This document shows positions 53,001 to 60,295 of a stretch of DNA of 60,962 nucleotides, in pieces (within the stretch, counting starts at the first letter, position 1; every line of letters begins with the position of its first letter). A program made the position numbers and the translations under genes. Where the stretch lies: positions 1-60,962 of the IMG/VR virus record IMGVR_UViG_3300045922_000164. One strand, given 5' to 3'. Origin of the DNA: a virus (Duplodnaviria > Caudoviricetes). The notes beneath the pieces were generated by a model. It made no database searches. It saw only the letters and a program-made list of their open reading frames with translations, and was not told where the DNA came from.

Positions 53001-55773
53001 CCTCCTTGGATCCGATTCCTGGGATCCCGAGTTGTTGCGGAGCCTGCTGAGGTTGGACCTGCTGTGGCTGAGCCTGCTGAGGCTGCTGTGGCTGCGGTTG
53101 CTGAGGCTGAACCCTCCCCTGCTGCTCTTCAGCCTGCCAAACCTCCTCCGGTGTTGGAGGCCACCCGCCCTCTTGGATTCGACGCTCAAACCCTTGCGCC
53201 AGCATCTCCATTGAGGGTTCGGGAGCGGCAGGAGCAGGTTGAGCGGCGGCTTGCTGTGGAGCAGGCCGAACCTGGGGAGCAGGCGGAACCTGTGGAGCAG
53301 GCTGAGCCTGTGGAGCAAGCTGGGCCTGCGGAGCAGGCTGAACCTGGGGAGCGGGCTGAATCTGTGGAACGGCCTCCTGCTCGCCCATGACCACAGCGGG
53401 TGTCTGAGGCCACGTCCCCTCATCAATCCTGGACTTCCACTCGTCAGCAATCGTCTGAGGGATCCTAGGCTCCTGAATCGGCGGGAGAGCTGCCTGAGTG
53501 GGAACGGCTTCCTCAGTTGGTTGTGCCGCCCGAGGTGGTGCCACCTGCTCAGTTGGTTGTACCGTCTGCTCAGGGAACACTGGCCCGAGAACCTCCTCAG
53601 CGGGGATTGGTTCTCCGCGCAGCCTCGCTGCCTCCCGTCTGAGCTCTTCCGCCTTCTCGCTGAGCGGGCTTTTCTGAGCCTCAGGGGTCGCCGCAGGCTT
53701 CTGGTCGGCAGGCTTGACCATCTGCTCAGCGGCGGCATCCGCAGCGTTGATACCAATAGCCCTGATACTCTGCGGGGCTATGGTTGCTGTTCCAATCGGG
53801 TGGCCAGCAAGATACCCGAGAGTTGCTGACTCGATATAATCCCAGATTTTTTCTTTCGTGAGAACTTCGTCTCCACGCCCAGTAAGCAACTGCACTAGGT
53901 CGGTAATGAGCTGCTGAGCAACCTCTTCTGTTGCCTCACCTACACCAACCTTCGCCCCCTCTTTTATTGCGTACTTTGCGGCAGCTCCCTTGCTTGTTAT
54001 TGCAGCTAGTTTTTGCGCAGCATCCTTCGCCCTTAATCCAACAAGCGATCTGATTAGCTCAGGCGTTACGCCTAATCCCCTTTCTACAAGACCGTAGAAC
54101 AATGATGCAGGAGCAACATATTTGCCTGCCTCACGCAGGTTGTTTCTGATTTTTTCTATGTCATACGGCTTGTCTTCAGGCGTATAAACGCCGAGAGCAG
54201 ACGGCCGCAAAAGCCCGCCCTCTCCAGGCCATTCTTTGTTTTGAATTGCTGAGTTGATTGCGTTTTGTGTGATTTCTGCAGCGCCCTGTGCTGCAGCACC
54301 AACAACAGAGGCAGATCCAGCAACCGTTTCTGGCATGCTGGCAAGCCTTGCGGCTATCGCTCTTTTCGTTGCTGCATCAATGGCAGCTTTGTCAAGAGCC
54401 TTCATCGCCGCGCCCCTTGCTATCAAAGCGCCGCCACCAGACATCAATGTTGCAACGGCAAGAGGAGCTGAGCTTGCCAATGCGGAAGGCCAGCTAAACG
54501 AGAGCCACTTAGAGAAATCGTCAAGGTTTTTTACATCACCAAGCTCAGGTACATCTCCCCTAAGCCTACGCATCTCTCCTAGATATTCAAAGTATTTTTG
54601 CAGAGCATCATCAACAAACTTGTCTGATTTTGCTAAGGCATTGGCAAGCCTGCTCTTGATTTCTGCTCGCTTTTCTGGAGATGATTGCCAGTATTCATTT
54701 GCCTCAAGCCACTGGTCGTTGTTGACCTTGAGGTCTTTGATATTCTTCCCGCTATCGATCTGGTCGTAGATGTTGGCGAGAGTTCTATTTCGCTCATAGT
54801 CAGCTACCGCTGCAGCGGCAGCTAGCGATTTCTTTACACCCTCTGTTGCCCCACGGAACCCTGACTCCAGTCCCCTCGTAACTACTGAAGGCTTTTGCTC
54901 CTCTCCGGGCTGCTGCACATACGTCGGATCGCCGACAGACACCGATGGGAGGCTCTCTGCGCTTCCAGCCTGCTGCTCTTGCGTGCTTGGACGAGGAACA
55001 TCGACCACGGGAACGTCTGTCACGTCGCCAGCGGTCGTCCGCATCCCCTCCGCACCGGTGGCCTGCGGCATCGTCGTGTCTGGCTTGCCCTTCGGGAGCA
55101 TGGAGGCGAGCCTGTCGATGATGCCTGGTGCGGTCTCCTCGTCGAACAGCTTCCTCGCTGGGGCGATCTCCTCGGTCTTCAGTTGCGGGATGACAACCTC
55201 CTTGAAGTAGAGGTTGCGCATCGCTTCCCGCGTGTCGAAGTCGGCGTTCTGGTATTCGGGGGTGGCCTTGACCTCATCCCAAGTCATCGGCCTCACCGAT
55301 GGCTTGGTTTCTCCGGTCTTCTGGAGCTTCTCCAGCACGTCCGTCATGTAGCTGGAGACATCCTTCCCGTTCGAGTCCTTCAGGTTCCTGCGGTAGGGCG
55401 GGCCGTCTCCGAGGTTGACGTTGCCCTCGCCGGAGAAGTAGCCGACCGCAATCTTGGCCGGATCCGCACCGAACTTCTCGGAAAGCCGCTTGATCTCCCT
55501 GATCCCGGCTCTGGCCTGCTGAACTGGGTCTCCGGTGTCCGGCTCACCCATGACCCGCTGGTAGGTGGCAGGCATGACCTGCATCGGGCCACGGGCTCCG
55601 TCGACCGATGTCTTGACGTTTCTGCCTGAAGATGTCTCCTGTTCGTAGATTGCCTTGATGACAGGCGCAAGATCGTCCGCGCCCTCTTCCTTGATGAGGG
55701 AGTCGATGTCGATCTGAGCCGAAACCGAGCTTCGCTTCGGCAGCGGAAACGGAGACTCGTCAAACAGACTCAT
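43996..55773 (-). CDS. Giant polyvalent ejection protein (DarB-like, ~3,925 aa)
   Basis: N-terminal lytic transglycosylase (QETSSG, GPMQVMP), HELFH metallopeptidase, further putative nuclease-, glycosylase- and ADP-ribosyltransferase-like domains; GGAGG RBS. Confidence 0.85.
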   Translation of the reverse strand: MSLFDESPFPLPKRSSVSAQIDIDSLIKEEGADDLAPVIKAIYEQETSSGRNVKTSVDGARGPMQVMPATYQRVMGEPDTGDPVQQARAGIREIKRLSEKFGADPAKIAVGYFSGEGNVNLGDGPPYRRNLKDSNGKDVSSYMTDVLEKLQKTGETKPSVRPMTWDEVKATPEYQNADFDTREAMRNLYFKEVVIPQLKTEEIAPARKLFDEETAPGIIDRLASMLPKGKPDTTMPQATGAEGMRTTAGDVTDVPVVDVPRPSTQEQQAGSAESLPSVSVGDPTYVQQPGEEQKPSVVTRGLESGFRGATEGVKKSLAAAAAVADYERNRTLANIYDQIDSGKNIKDLKVNNDQWLEANEYWQSSPEKRAEIKSRLANALAKSDKFVDDALQKYFEYLGEMRRLRGDVPELGDVKNLDDFSKWLSFSWPSALASSAPLAVATLMSGGGALIARGAAMKALDKAAIDAATKRAIAARLASMPETVAGSASVVGAAAQGAAEITQNAINSAIQNKEWPGEGGLLRPSALGVYTPEDKPYDIEKIRNNLREAGKYVAPASLFYGLVERGLGVTPELIRSLVGLRAKDAAQKLAAITSKGAAAKYAIKEGAKVGVGEATEEVAQQLITDLVQLLTGRGDEVLTKEKIWDYIESATLGYLAGHPIGTATIAPQSIRAIGINAADAAAEQMVKPADQKPAATPEAQKSPLSEKAEELRREAARLRGEPIPAEEVLGPVFPEQTVQPTEQVAPPRAAQPTEEAVPTQAALPPIQEPRIPQTIADEWKSRIDEGTWPQTPAVVMGEQEAVPQIQPAPQVQPAPQAQLAPQAQPAPQVPPAPQVRPAPQQAAAQPAPAAPEPSMEMLAQGFERRIQEGGWPPTPEEVWQAEEQQGRVQPQQPQPQQPQQAQPQQVQPQQAPQQLGIPGIGSKEEAVQAAKLEKADLEKQIRMFEEEGGLLSRAVARVVARGVGAERAKRIKVARADQVDQQGRLFSSVPEGVEAQYDDATDTLTIFADRIRPVVSRTGKVLMTAEERAAWVAWHELFHRGKAVRESEGYKADIAELGRNRFIRDLATRIMEERAAGDARAAVAMTQAIEEAGAELEAAIRTGRTDAIRMRYGLEVPDQFKPGIIAAIKRFANRVKHYIKRVTGRDVSDISDAEAFGLIRAISGRSTGEVRKPAEGTKYSTLLKNWVENVGDVQERFPEVTIARSLPREYGFAGVSTNAPVTLHRGTVEHIRERHGTEGIDSNIIGALPELLAMQPRAILDPRNENGVPVKNFNEAKRVSVILPAISPEGHPLLAVLEKGNLRNGDGPVNKVIQVATLYGKHASAAHVLDEAYNGRLLFIPKKEVERLRGMLKGGGKNSRTVSVQTESGRETLTISPQDIADTRRRAAAYSVAPPKLTDKQRAVSLIDVVYGDQDLKQNVRVTNSDDEKTGLKAIGRFLEENYRKTFGGPLKSFDDEAVNFIAEILEAEAIHAMDDPDNAIDWYRKNLETAMQMAAKVYPSIGTPDGRAMFAFILAITSPGLSVSDNVRTAFEVYGYYEQNRKLPEDKSYIVMYPGAKPVVRARQMVNSFARANAIIRHYGVDGFVQRMLEVQPVSITKQAFGLKNIKELVDAELPVAVIFGSKVGAGFFPNLMGRYEFLTIDQWLMRTIGRLTGDILLPEKEVVDFEDELGQRSPLRDAPRSAAQRDFIRRVMNNLLGRMRKRGYDLEVADLQALLWYPEKIYYQRLGARTDRKLLTDYGTEVTRYAEKRGLVRREEQDRGEGYPDSGLEPELGSHSYSVAPKQREDTGVYAEVVPGEGQLKERLTALPKRALKLISESVARSIVPRVLNDMGIPFRIEHSVGGFMNESSPNFIVHLPKSSIDDAVEVAKVLGYIFDQKAMIAYDESVTEGNGVTSFVTITKDGGISPAEAEELFGRMVDRVSSAVNSPIGYSVKDGHLIIGNFTNASDDSFLSAIRSALASEDQEYDVGVKRFRSDWIEPGSAEAYLEGTRYGNQVVEGTGAGREGVRGSRRADADRLRAYAQKRLEGWVAQFERPDGGRGRATEASAGEETSAVYGEPREHSVEVVGHHFSGERRQFLNGAYYGRNHRGDEWERVKSDPELSHRIYFYFDTGSGIHPESVVGSQEHTVRLRNLYDADADPLNLVSKDRNAFERAVIEAGFDGYLTREFGRSGAAVLIGRKHTSVPVQSRVKFSTSIPWWAYSPLHKAVRDLKVNSAPADQWENIINGLKNKGVKEDEIAWTGVREVIELAKEKKKKLTKEDVLSAIEGAEYIKERQAIYTGRRAGWVSKNAFVAYGPAGAGYVVVKKDKVFVWGTNRKITEYNLSDYWPREGLIERAVNEATQIAKSAADYKEFESIESVPFIQYTDYELSKDRISEAGILALDAGEPATGEINYKVLITHRMFGGIEKNRIFHLRYDIRKGQDGQPVFFIQEIQSDWAQDYRKGQSYFRLKKELDDLIARSSKDDSELLQSEIEKTRQELGRLKSYQYTPSGPFIQETKSWVSLALKSAINQAIVRGARKVAWTTGTQQAYRYNLRKAVDKIRVTQTGLVWLSQKHYTVLSGVLENNNTMFMVTHGPSAYVAKKLGVHELFGKELTKKILSALDEAKKKNDAVDIQVDESFGGTGMLEFYDKIVPMVAEDVLKKLGGDRVKQVFTYYDGEESTQLGFDITDDMMQKFMSRTVPLFSTSGEDQWIETEIFGEQPDYGDGLDEGDISNIIVEYPGDIVPGVYKDTKKLRDKRSAATEARVGAALLAFAKNRKLFDYKIVKSSDLNKILTQASGGKITATKSPVLRAAREMFAYQEASPTLSLNGVASFQPHSKWDIEVKLTDEQIRKLSAERGEPPDSIPRTAQATVYFDDKTAVANMIGLTQNVTDGALIYQAIMKWAAATNRRFVGDPFGLSDRALIRRAEATLNSILREGKTDHVGLHANQYDAGLRIYRDNVEHTVGSMAIWLRDVMSLYNEPAFDEALARVKVEGETQRAEPTTSVNPYIVAAGNRTISRVAITEALLRLDQAGKLADAVNIEDENERTNAVTKLIRESTLNLAPKPFYSVAPQMTTEGHSGLIDLVFKKAGFELLAKHITSPIWDKLHAVGRMETVKHPLLEKAAHGLIADYGLPEPYLDAKIVKRAHINRRLRESKNLLDHLANLTKEESRIAYLWMSEKPDTELERRLMARLPEDSRQHLLKMKELVDELGREAVALGLLSEESYNRNLMAYLHRTYARHLMDKGSTLMKSFKRSAAIRAENFRGRGLRDDVKDDALIKYTDEVNKGDLFVRFERRDEAGRLRSVEYVPLQAAQAGVHPPGHQAEGIWEARFFDKNNQVGMWRDLTKEERERLGEIEEVKYAFAKTVIAAVRDVETARFLAWVNREYAKDPKEVDNIVPASEGFVTTKTYGRDEWVIVPSTYVQGTKIHKYGALAGRALPGVIWNDIRTAMAVPEGELSQLWDSTLRFWKKSKTALSPSVHMNNVMSNFIMADVADVRVRDIIGALNVIIKAKKGDPQAVALMNRYEDSGAEYGSFVAADINEEFISPILKQIEGSLNESDISKISVMQLVWMSLKGNMDATKSLLSRGRLPFDTLVSLYQQEDSVFRLAKFMREIDAGKSDIEAGKAARDAFLNYDINAPWVQAARRTGLPFIAFSYRAIPLMIETAFKKPWKIAKYWTIASVLNSLAYSLLGADGDEERERRLMPEELSGRVFGIFPRMIRLPWNDRHGSPVFLDVRRWVPGGSVFDVQSSQAIIPVPDWLSVGGPLSLMAEFFVNKSQFTGKPIIDENDTPLERAIKFGDWFFKAMMPNLPLPGPGYVIPMAETGHFQTWSWTAIESALRGKLDPFGREVSLGQALASSVGVKIKSYPPDEMRLRAVQEFKAYKERTEEEIRGLARQLARRGITQEEFDRRVQVRVDRLREEAKKTAEKVRP
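49461..49793 (-). CDS. Candidate nested out-of-frame gene (110 aa) inside the giant gene
   Basis: GGAGGGAACGAGGT directly before ATG. Confidence 0.4.
   Translation of the reverse strand: MAIRSWRELGPDEKVFGGAGVLMPTAFVRTPRKGSKGGSPSSSDPMAGAEEQLRRALERKLQPSTGSRESTPSKSSATTSPASGGSSSTEPTTDATTGETSGSGSSQTQS
50355..50534 (-). CDS. Candidate nested out-of-frame gene (59 aa) inside the giant gene
   Basis: GGAGGTGA-N6-ATG; MPRKEDLFEERNRIVEKDIPILDWNPNWDLIRTLL... Confidence 0.45.
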   Translation of the reverse strand: MPRKEDLFEERNRIVEKDIPILDWNPNWDLIRTLLHRSKERTRGSTQKSSQEKDSSKSG

Positions 55774-57152
55774 CACTTCCTCCACGGAGTGGGGATTTCC
55801 TTCTGCTGCGTAACTCCTGGGACGGCTGGCTTGCCTCCACCTCCTGTCGCCTTCTCAATTTCATTCTGCCTGATGTATTCATCGTAAGCCTTCTGCGCTG
55901 CGGCGGCAGGAGGCATGCCTGCTCTGATGTACACCTCAACGTTGGCCATGATCTGCGGAAGATTTTTCGCGTGATCTCCGCCGCTGATGATGTTGCCAAG
56001 CTGGTCTCTCGTTACGCCAAGAGCTGTTTCGACAATTGTTCTTGCCTTATTCAAACTGGACAGAAGGTCTGACTCTTTTGGTCCACCTTTTGCAATCGGT
56101 TTTAGCGTTTGCGTTCTCGGGTCCATGACGTAAGCGTCCTCTCCTGGACCCACCTTGATTACTTCAGGTTTCGATCCGTAATACTGGTTGTACAAGCCCT
56201 CCAAAGCGTCCCTTGGAATGGCTGAAATTCCTCCGCCTTTCGCTTTCAATGGGTTACCATCCTTGTCAAGGATCAGCATGTACTCCTTGCCCTTGTCATC
56301 CTTTTTGAATCCGTCTCTAGTAATCTCACCCCTGACAAAGCGTATCGCGCTAGGCTCTCCCTGAAATTCTCCGCTATTCCTTAAGAATCTAACTGCCTCA
56401 TCGCCCATTCCCAGCGACGCAAGCCTGTACACACCAGCAAGCCCCTTCGCAAGGATCTCACCTCCAAGAAGATTGGCCAAGCCGATTTTGTTTCTCTGCT
56501 CGACAGGAAGAGTCTCAAGATCGCCAGAAATCTTCGCCTTCTCATATTGCGTTCTGATTGGCATAATCTCTCTCGCGTAGAACGCTTCGAGCCTGCCCAT
56601 TTCGTTTCTGAGATCTGCGGCTTCATCCTGATTTACTTGGCGAACCAGGTGTCCCCTTCCACTCTTGATGAGGAAATCGCGGGCTTTATCGTAGAACGAC
56701 CGGTCGTACACCCTCTTTGGCTCCTGGCCGGCAGAGGTCTGCGGTGTTGTCTGTGGCTGCTGTGATGGCTGCTGACTGGTCGGCTGTACCCCTTGCTGGG
56801 CGATAGCAACAGGAGGCAGGGGAGACTCTGGGGCCGGAACGGACGTGACAGGGATTGCCTCTGCCCTGTACAGGCTTGGGTTGGCTATGTCGTTCTCAGG
56901 CGGCTCCTGCCTTGCAGACTCGACCCCTGATGCGGCCATCTGTGCTGCCGTGGAGGCTGGGGCTTGCGCGTTCGCGTACGCAGCGTTCAGGGCATCCCTG
57001 TCCTCCTTTTCCTGCAGTTGCCTTTGCAGCTCCGCCTGAAGAAGCTCGCGCCTCGTCTTCATGGACTGGCGCTGCTCCTCGTCCATCTGCGCTCTGGCGA
57101 ACCCGGTAACGCCGTGGGAGAGTGCTATCGCAAGACCTCTGAGTGCGCTCAT
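55773..57152 (-). CDS. Internal virion/ejection protein
   Basis: Ala/Gln-rich, in the GNAT-ejection-giant gene order. Confidence 0.7.
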   Translation of the reverse strand: MSALRGLAIALSHGVTGFARAQMDEEQRQSMKTRRELLQAELQRQLQEKEDRDALNAAYANAQAPASTAAQMAASGVESARQEPPENDIANPSLYRAEAIPVTSVPAPESPLPPVAIAQQGVQPTSQQPSQQPQTTPQTSAGQEPKRVYDRSFYDKARDFLIKSGRGHLVRQVNQDEAADLRNEMGRLEAFYAREIMPIRTQYEKAKISGDLETLPVEQRNKIGLANLLGGEILAKGLAGVYRLASLGMGDEAVRFLRNSGEFQGEPSAIRFVRGEITRDGFKKDDKGKEYMLILDKDGNPLKAKGGGISAIPRDALEGLYNQYYGSKPEVIKVGPGEDAYVMDPRTQTLKPIAKGGPKESDLLSSLNKARTIVETALGVTRDQLGNIISGGDHAKNLPQIMANVEVYIRAGMPPAAAAQKAYDEYIRQNEIEKATGGGGKPAVPGVTQQKEIPTPWRK

Positions 57153-57158
57153 GTCACC

Positions 57159-58013
57159 CTACCTTCCAAAAAGCTTTGCCCCCAATGCTCCGCCGAACGG
57201 ACCACCCATCATGTAGCCGATGCCTGTGCCGAGGGCGGCAAACAGGGAGTCCTGAGACTGCTGTGATGCCTGCCACCCGGCAAGCTGGTTGGCGTACTGG
57301 GCATTCAGGATGCCTGCGGCGCTCTGGTTGGCTCCGATCGCTCCACCGTATCCAGCCATCATCCGGCCCGCTGCGGCAGCGTTCAATGCCAGAGGAGTCT
57401 GTGCGGTACCGAGCATTGCCCCGCCTGAAGCAACGCCTGCCTGACTCGCCGCGAGCGCAGTACCAGGAAGGCCACGACCGATCTGTGCTGCGTCCTGACG
57501 GAGCGCGATCCCTCGCACCCTCTCGTTCTCTCTCGCAGCCGTCATCGCCCCAGCCCTCGCGGCAGCGTTCATCACCTCGGTGGCACGGCTCATCCCTGCG
57601 AACCTGCCGCTGTTCGGGTTGATCCCCATCTGGGCGAGAGCTTGAGCGTTCGCCTCACGCGCGATGTCTGCGGCCCTCTGGGCGTCAATCCCCGCCCTCG
57701 CGGCGGCAGCCTCCTGCTCCTGCTGAGACCCTGCCTGCAAAGCCTCCCTGAAATACTGCTGCTCGACCGGCCTGACTGTTGTCTCGTAGTCTTCCCTCGA
57801 CTTCCTGGCCAACTCCATCTGGAGGTCAGCCATGCTGGCTTGGCCGGAGAGAACCCTATCAATCAGCGGCCTGAGTTCCTCAATCTGCCTCTGCTCGAAC
57901 CCCCACTGCTCTTTGGCAAACGCAAGCTGCTCCCTGCCGAGCGCGATATTCTCAAGAGCAGCCTGCCCAATCGCCGGGTCTGGCGGAGGGGGAGATGGTG
58001 CTCTACCACACAT
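57159..58013 (-). CDS. Internal virion/DNA-transfer protein
   Basis: MGINPNSGRF motif, Gly/Ala-rich C-terminal hydrophobic tail. Confidence 0.75.
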   Translation of the reverse strand: MCGRAPSPPPPDPAIGQAALENIALGREQLAFAKEQWGFEQRQIEELRPLIDRVLSGQASMADLQMELARKSREDYETTVRPVEQQYFREALQAGSQQEQEAAAARAGIDAQRAADIAREANAQALAQMGINPNSGRFAGMSRATEVMNAAARAGAMTAARENERVRGIALRQDAAQIGRGLPGTALAASQAGVASGGAMLGTAQTPLALNAAAAGRMMAGYGGAIGANQSAAGILNAQYANQLAGWQASQQSQDSLFAALGTGIGYMMGGPFGGALGAKLFGR

Positions 58014-58014
58014 T

Positions 58015-58467
58015 TCAGACTCCCTTGTAGAACACGGTGGATACAGGTGTGAACCCGGCCCTCTTCAGCAGAGGGCTGATGTCATGGGTGAGTTTAGATG
58101 TCATCACGATCCCAGAGCAACCAGATTCTTTCAGGTCATTCGTCGCGAATCTGAGAAGACGGATAGCAGTGAACCCCTTCCTGAACTGCGGGAGGAGATA
58201 GAAATATTCCTCAACAGCATTCGTTTTTCCTGTGTGCCTGCTCTGATAAAGAAGGAATGCTAGATGACCAACAAGGCTTCCATTGTGTCTTGCAGTGTAA
58301 ACAGAAATCTGCCCGCTTTTCTCAAGTCGAAGACCTTCTTCTATGTCTGGCGACACGCCTTCCTTCTCACGGTAAGCCTCAGTCTCACGCCAATGGAGAA
58401 GCCACAGAACCCTAGCCTCATCAGCTACGTCCTGAAACTTCTCTTTGGCGAAGACGACATCCATCAC
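58015..58467 (-). CDS. GNAT-family acetyltransferase-like protein
   Basis: YFYLLPQFRKG...LLKRAGF; typical position before ejection genes. Confidence 0.75.
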   Translation of the reverse strand: MMDVVFAKEKFQDVADEARVLWLLHWRETEAYREKEGVSPDIEEGLRLEKSGQISVYTARHNGSLVGHLAFLLYQSRHTGKTNAVEEYFYLLPQFRKGFTAIRLLRFATNDLKESGCSGIVMTSKLTHDISPLLKRAGFTPVSTVFYKGV

Positions 58468-58694
58468 TCATCCTTTTTCGCTTCGGCAATCGCACGCTCG
58501 ATCTTCGCTTTCTCTTCCTCTTCAGCACGCTTACGGTCGCATTCCATGACTTGATTCTCAAGCCATACCATCAGGCGAGCTAGTTCGCTTGATGTCTGCT
58601 GAGTCGGCGCTGCCTTGAGGGCGAGCGCGATCGCTGCGTGGAGTTTGTCAACGGTTTGTTGGTCTAAGCTGATCTGGTACATAGTTATATTCAA
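58464..58694 (-). CDS. Small hypothetical protein (start may be ATG at 58682)
   Basis: ORF track; ATGA overlap with the GNAT gene. Confidence 0.6.
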   Translation of the reverse strand: MNITMYQISLDQQTVDKLHAAIALALKAAPTQQTSSELARLMVWLENQVMECDRKRAEEEEKAKIERAIAEAKKDE

Positions 58695-58724
58695 AGTTCT
58701 TTCGAATGGTTAAGGAAAAGCGTT

Positions 58725-60295
58725 GGCTGGCCTGGCTATTTTACTAAGTCGCGCCTGTCACGGTGATTGTGTCGCCCATGCTTGCTTAGATGAGGTGTTC
58801 GGCCTCGATCTGGTAGGTTCCGCTTGAGGCGACCGTATTACCGCCATCAAGAGAGATTTGTATCAGAAGCGCCGAATATCTTACTTGTCCAGGGGATGAA
58901 GCCGTAATTCCCCACTGCCTGGTCGTATTCAGTTGCAGCCAAGCGTTCAATGTGCCTGATGGTGTGTCTCCGGATTGAAGCGTTGCCCTGACGTATGCGT
59001 TCGGGTTCGAACCTTTCGTCCACCAACGATGTGCAAAGGTGGTTCCATAACCTGTTGCTACACTATTTACAGTTCCATCTGACGCGAACTGAAGGGTTAC
59101 CGTTATGGCCGAGCCAGAGGAGTATTGGAAGAATTCGCCCGGCAGCGGAATGACGAGCCTGCCCCCAGACGGGGCCATCATCATGTTCATCATCCCCATT
59201 ACGTCACGTCTCCCATAACAATGGCCTCGGTCGCGCTGTTGAACCAGATGGTCGCCATTCCGCGCGCTGCCAGCGTTCGGTTGCCGGTGTTCGTAGTGCC
59301 CGATTGCCGCAACGTGAGGCCGGAGCCCTGCGTGATTGTGATCTGCGATGAGCTATCGTTGTAGATGCTGAAGCTGTCTCCGGCAGCGTACGTATTGGCA
59401 GGGATCGTCACGCCCGCAGTGACAGCGATGCACTGAGCGACTTTTGCGGTGTTCAGAGTGGTGTCTGTCGTCCTTGGAACACGACGGAAGCCGATTTCGT
59501 TCGTCATGCCGTCAACAACGACGTACGTTTTTGCGTCTGTATCTAGAATTAAACGAATATTCCCATTTTGGAATAGAGAAAATCTGTAGCTGTTAGAGTA
59601 AGACCCAATGACTACATGATCCTGATATACGTGCCATGAATAGGTCACACCAGCAGTATTAAAAATATAAATATTGCCGTTATCTACCAATTCGGCGATT
59701 ACGCTTTCCGATCCGCCGTTTCGTCTGCCGAACTGTAACTTCCAGCCCGTGTTATCGCCGAACAGAATCCTGCCTGCTACAGGTGACGAGTAACCCGCCG
59801 CAATGGCGACGTTGTTCGAGGTAACCGTAGCTGGTAGACCTGTGGTGCTATTCACCAGTATGCTGCCGCCGCTGGTGAATCCGCCGTTGATCGTGTGAGT
59901 GCCGGATGTGGGGGACGAAATCGTTACTTGACGGTTGTTGTTGGCGGAGATGACACTGGTGTTGTTGACGTAAAAATTCCAGCCAGTAATGGTTGCCCCG
60001 CTACGGATAAGCTCAATTGCTGGCTGTGATGAGCTAAAATCATCAGTATATGCTCTTATATGAAAATTGCCGCCGATCGTAATTATATACCATGTTTTTG
60101 TGTCAACAGTTTGGTCTGGTGTTCTTATTTCAATTCCGCTAAAAGTGTCTCTAAATACACGAAAGTAGTCTCCACTGATTCCGTTTGTCCAGACACCATC
60201 TCCACGAAGGAACGTCGCGGCGTTGGCAGTCCCGCTACCAAGCCTCGCCGCCGGCACCGTACCGCTCGCGAGATTGGAGGCGTTCAGGTTGGTCA
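58725..60295. repeat. Copy 2 of the duplicated tail-fibre cassette
   Basis: Aligns with 475-2040 at offset 58250/58253. Confidence 0.95.
58786..59199 (-). CDS. Tail-fibre-associated small protein, copy 2
   Basis: 137-aa paralogue of 536-949. Confidence 0.7.
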   Translation of the reverse strand: MGMMNMMMAPSGGRLVIPLPGEFFQYSSGSAITVTLQFASDGTVNSVATGYGTTFAHRWWTKGSNPNAYVRATLQSGDTPSGTLNAWLQLNTTRQWGITASSPGQVRYSALLIQISLDGGNTVASSGTYQIEAEHLI

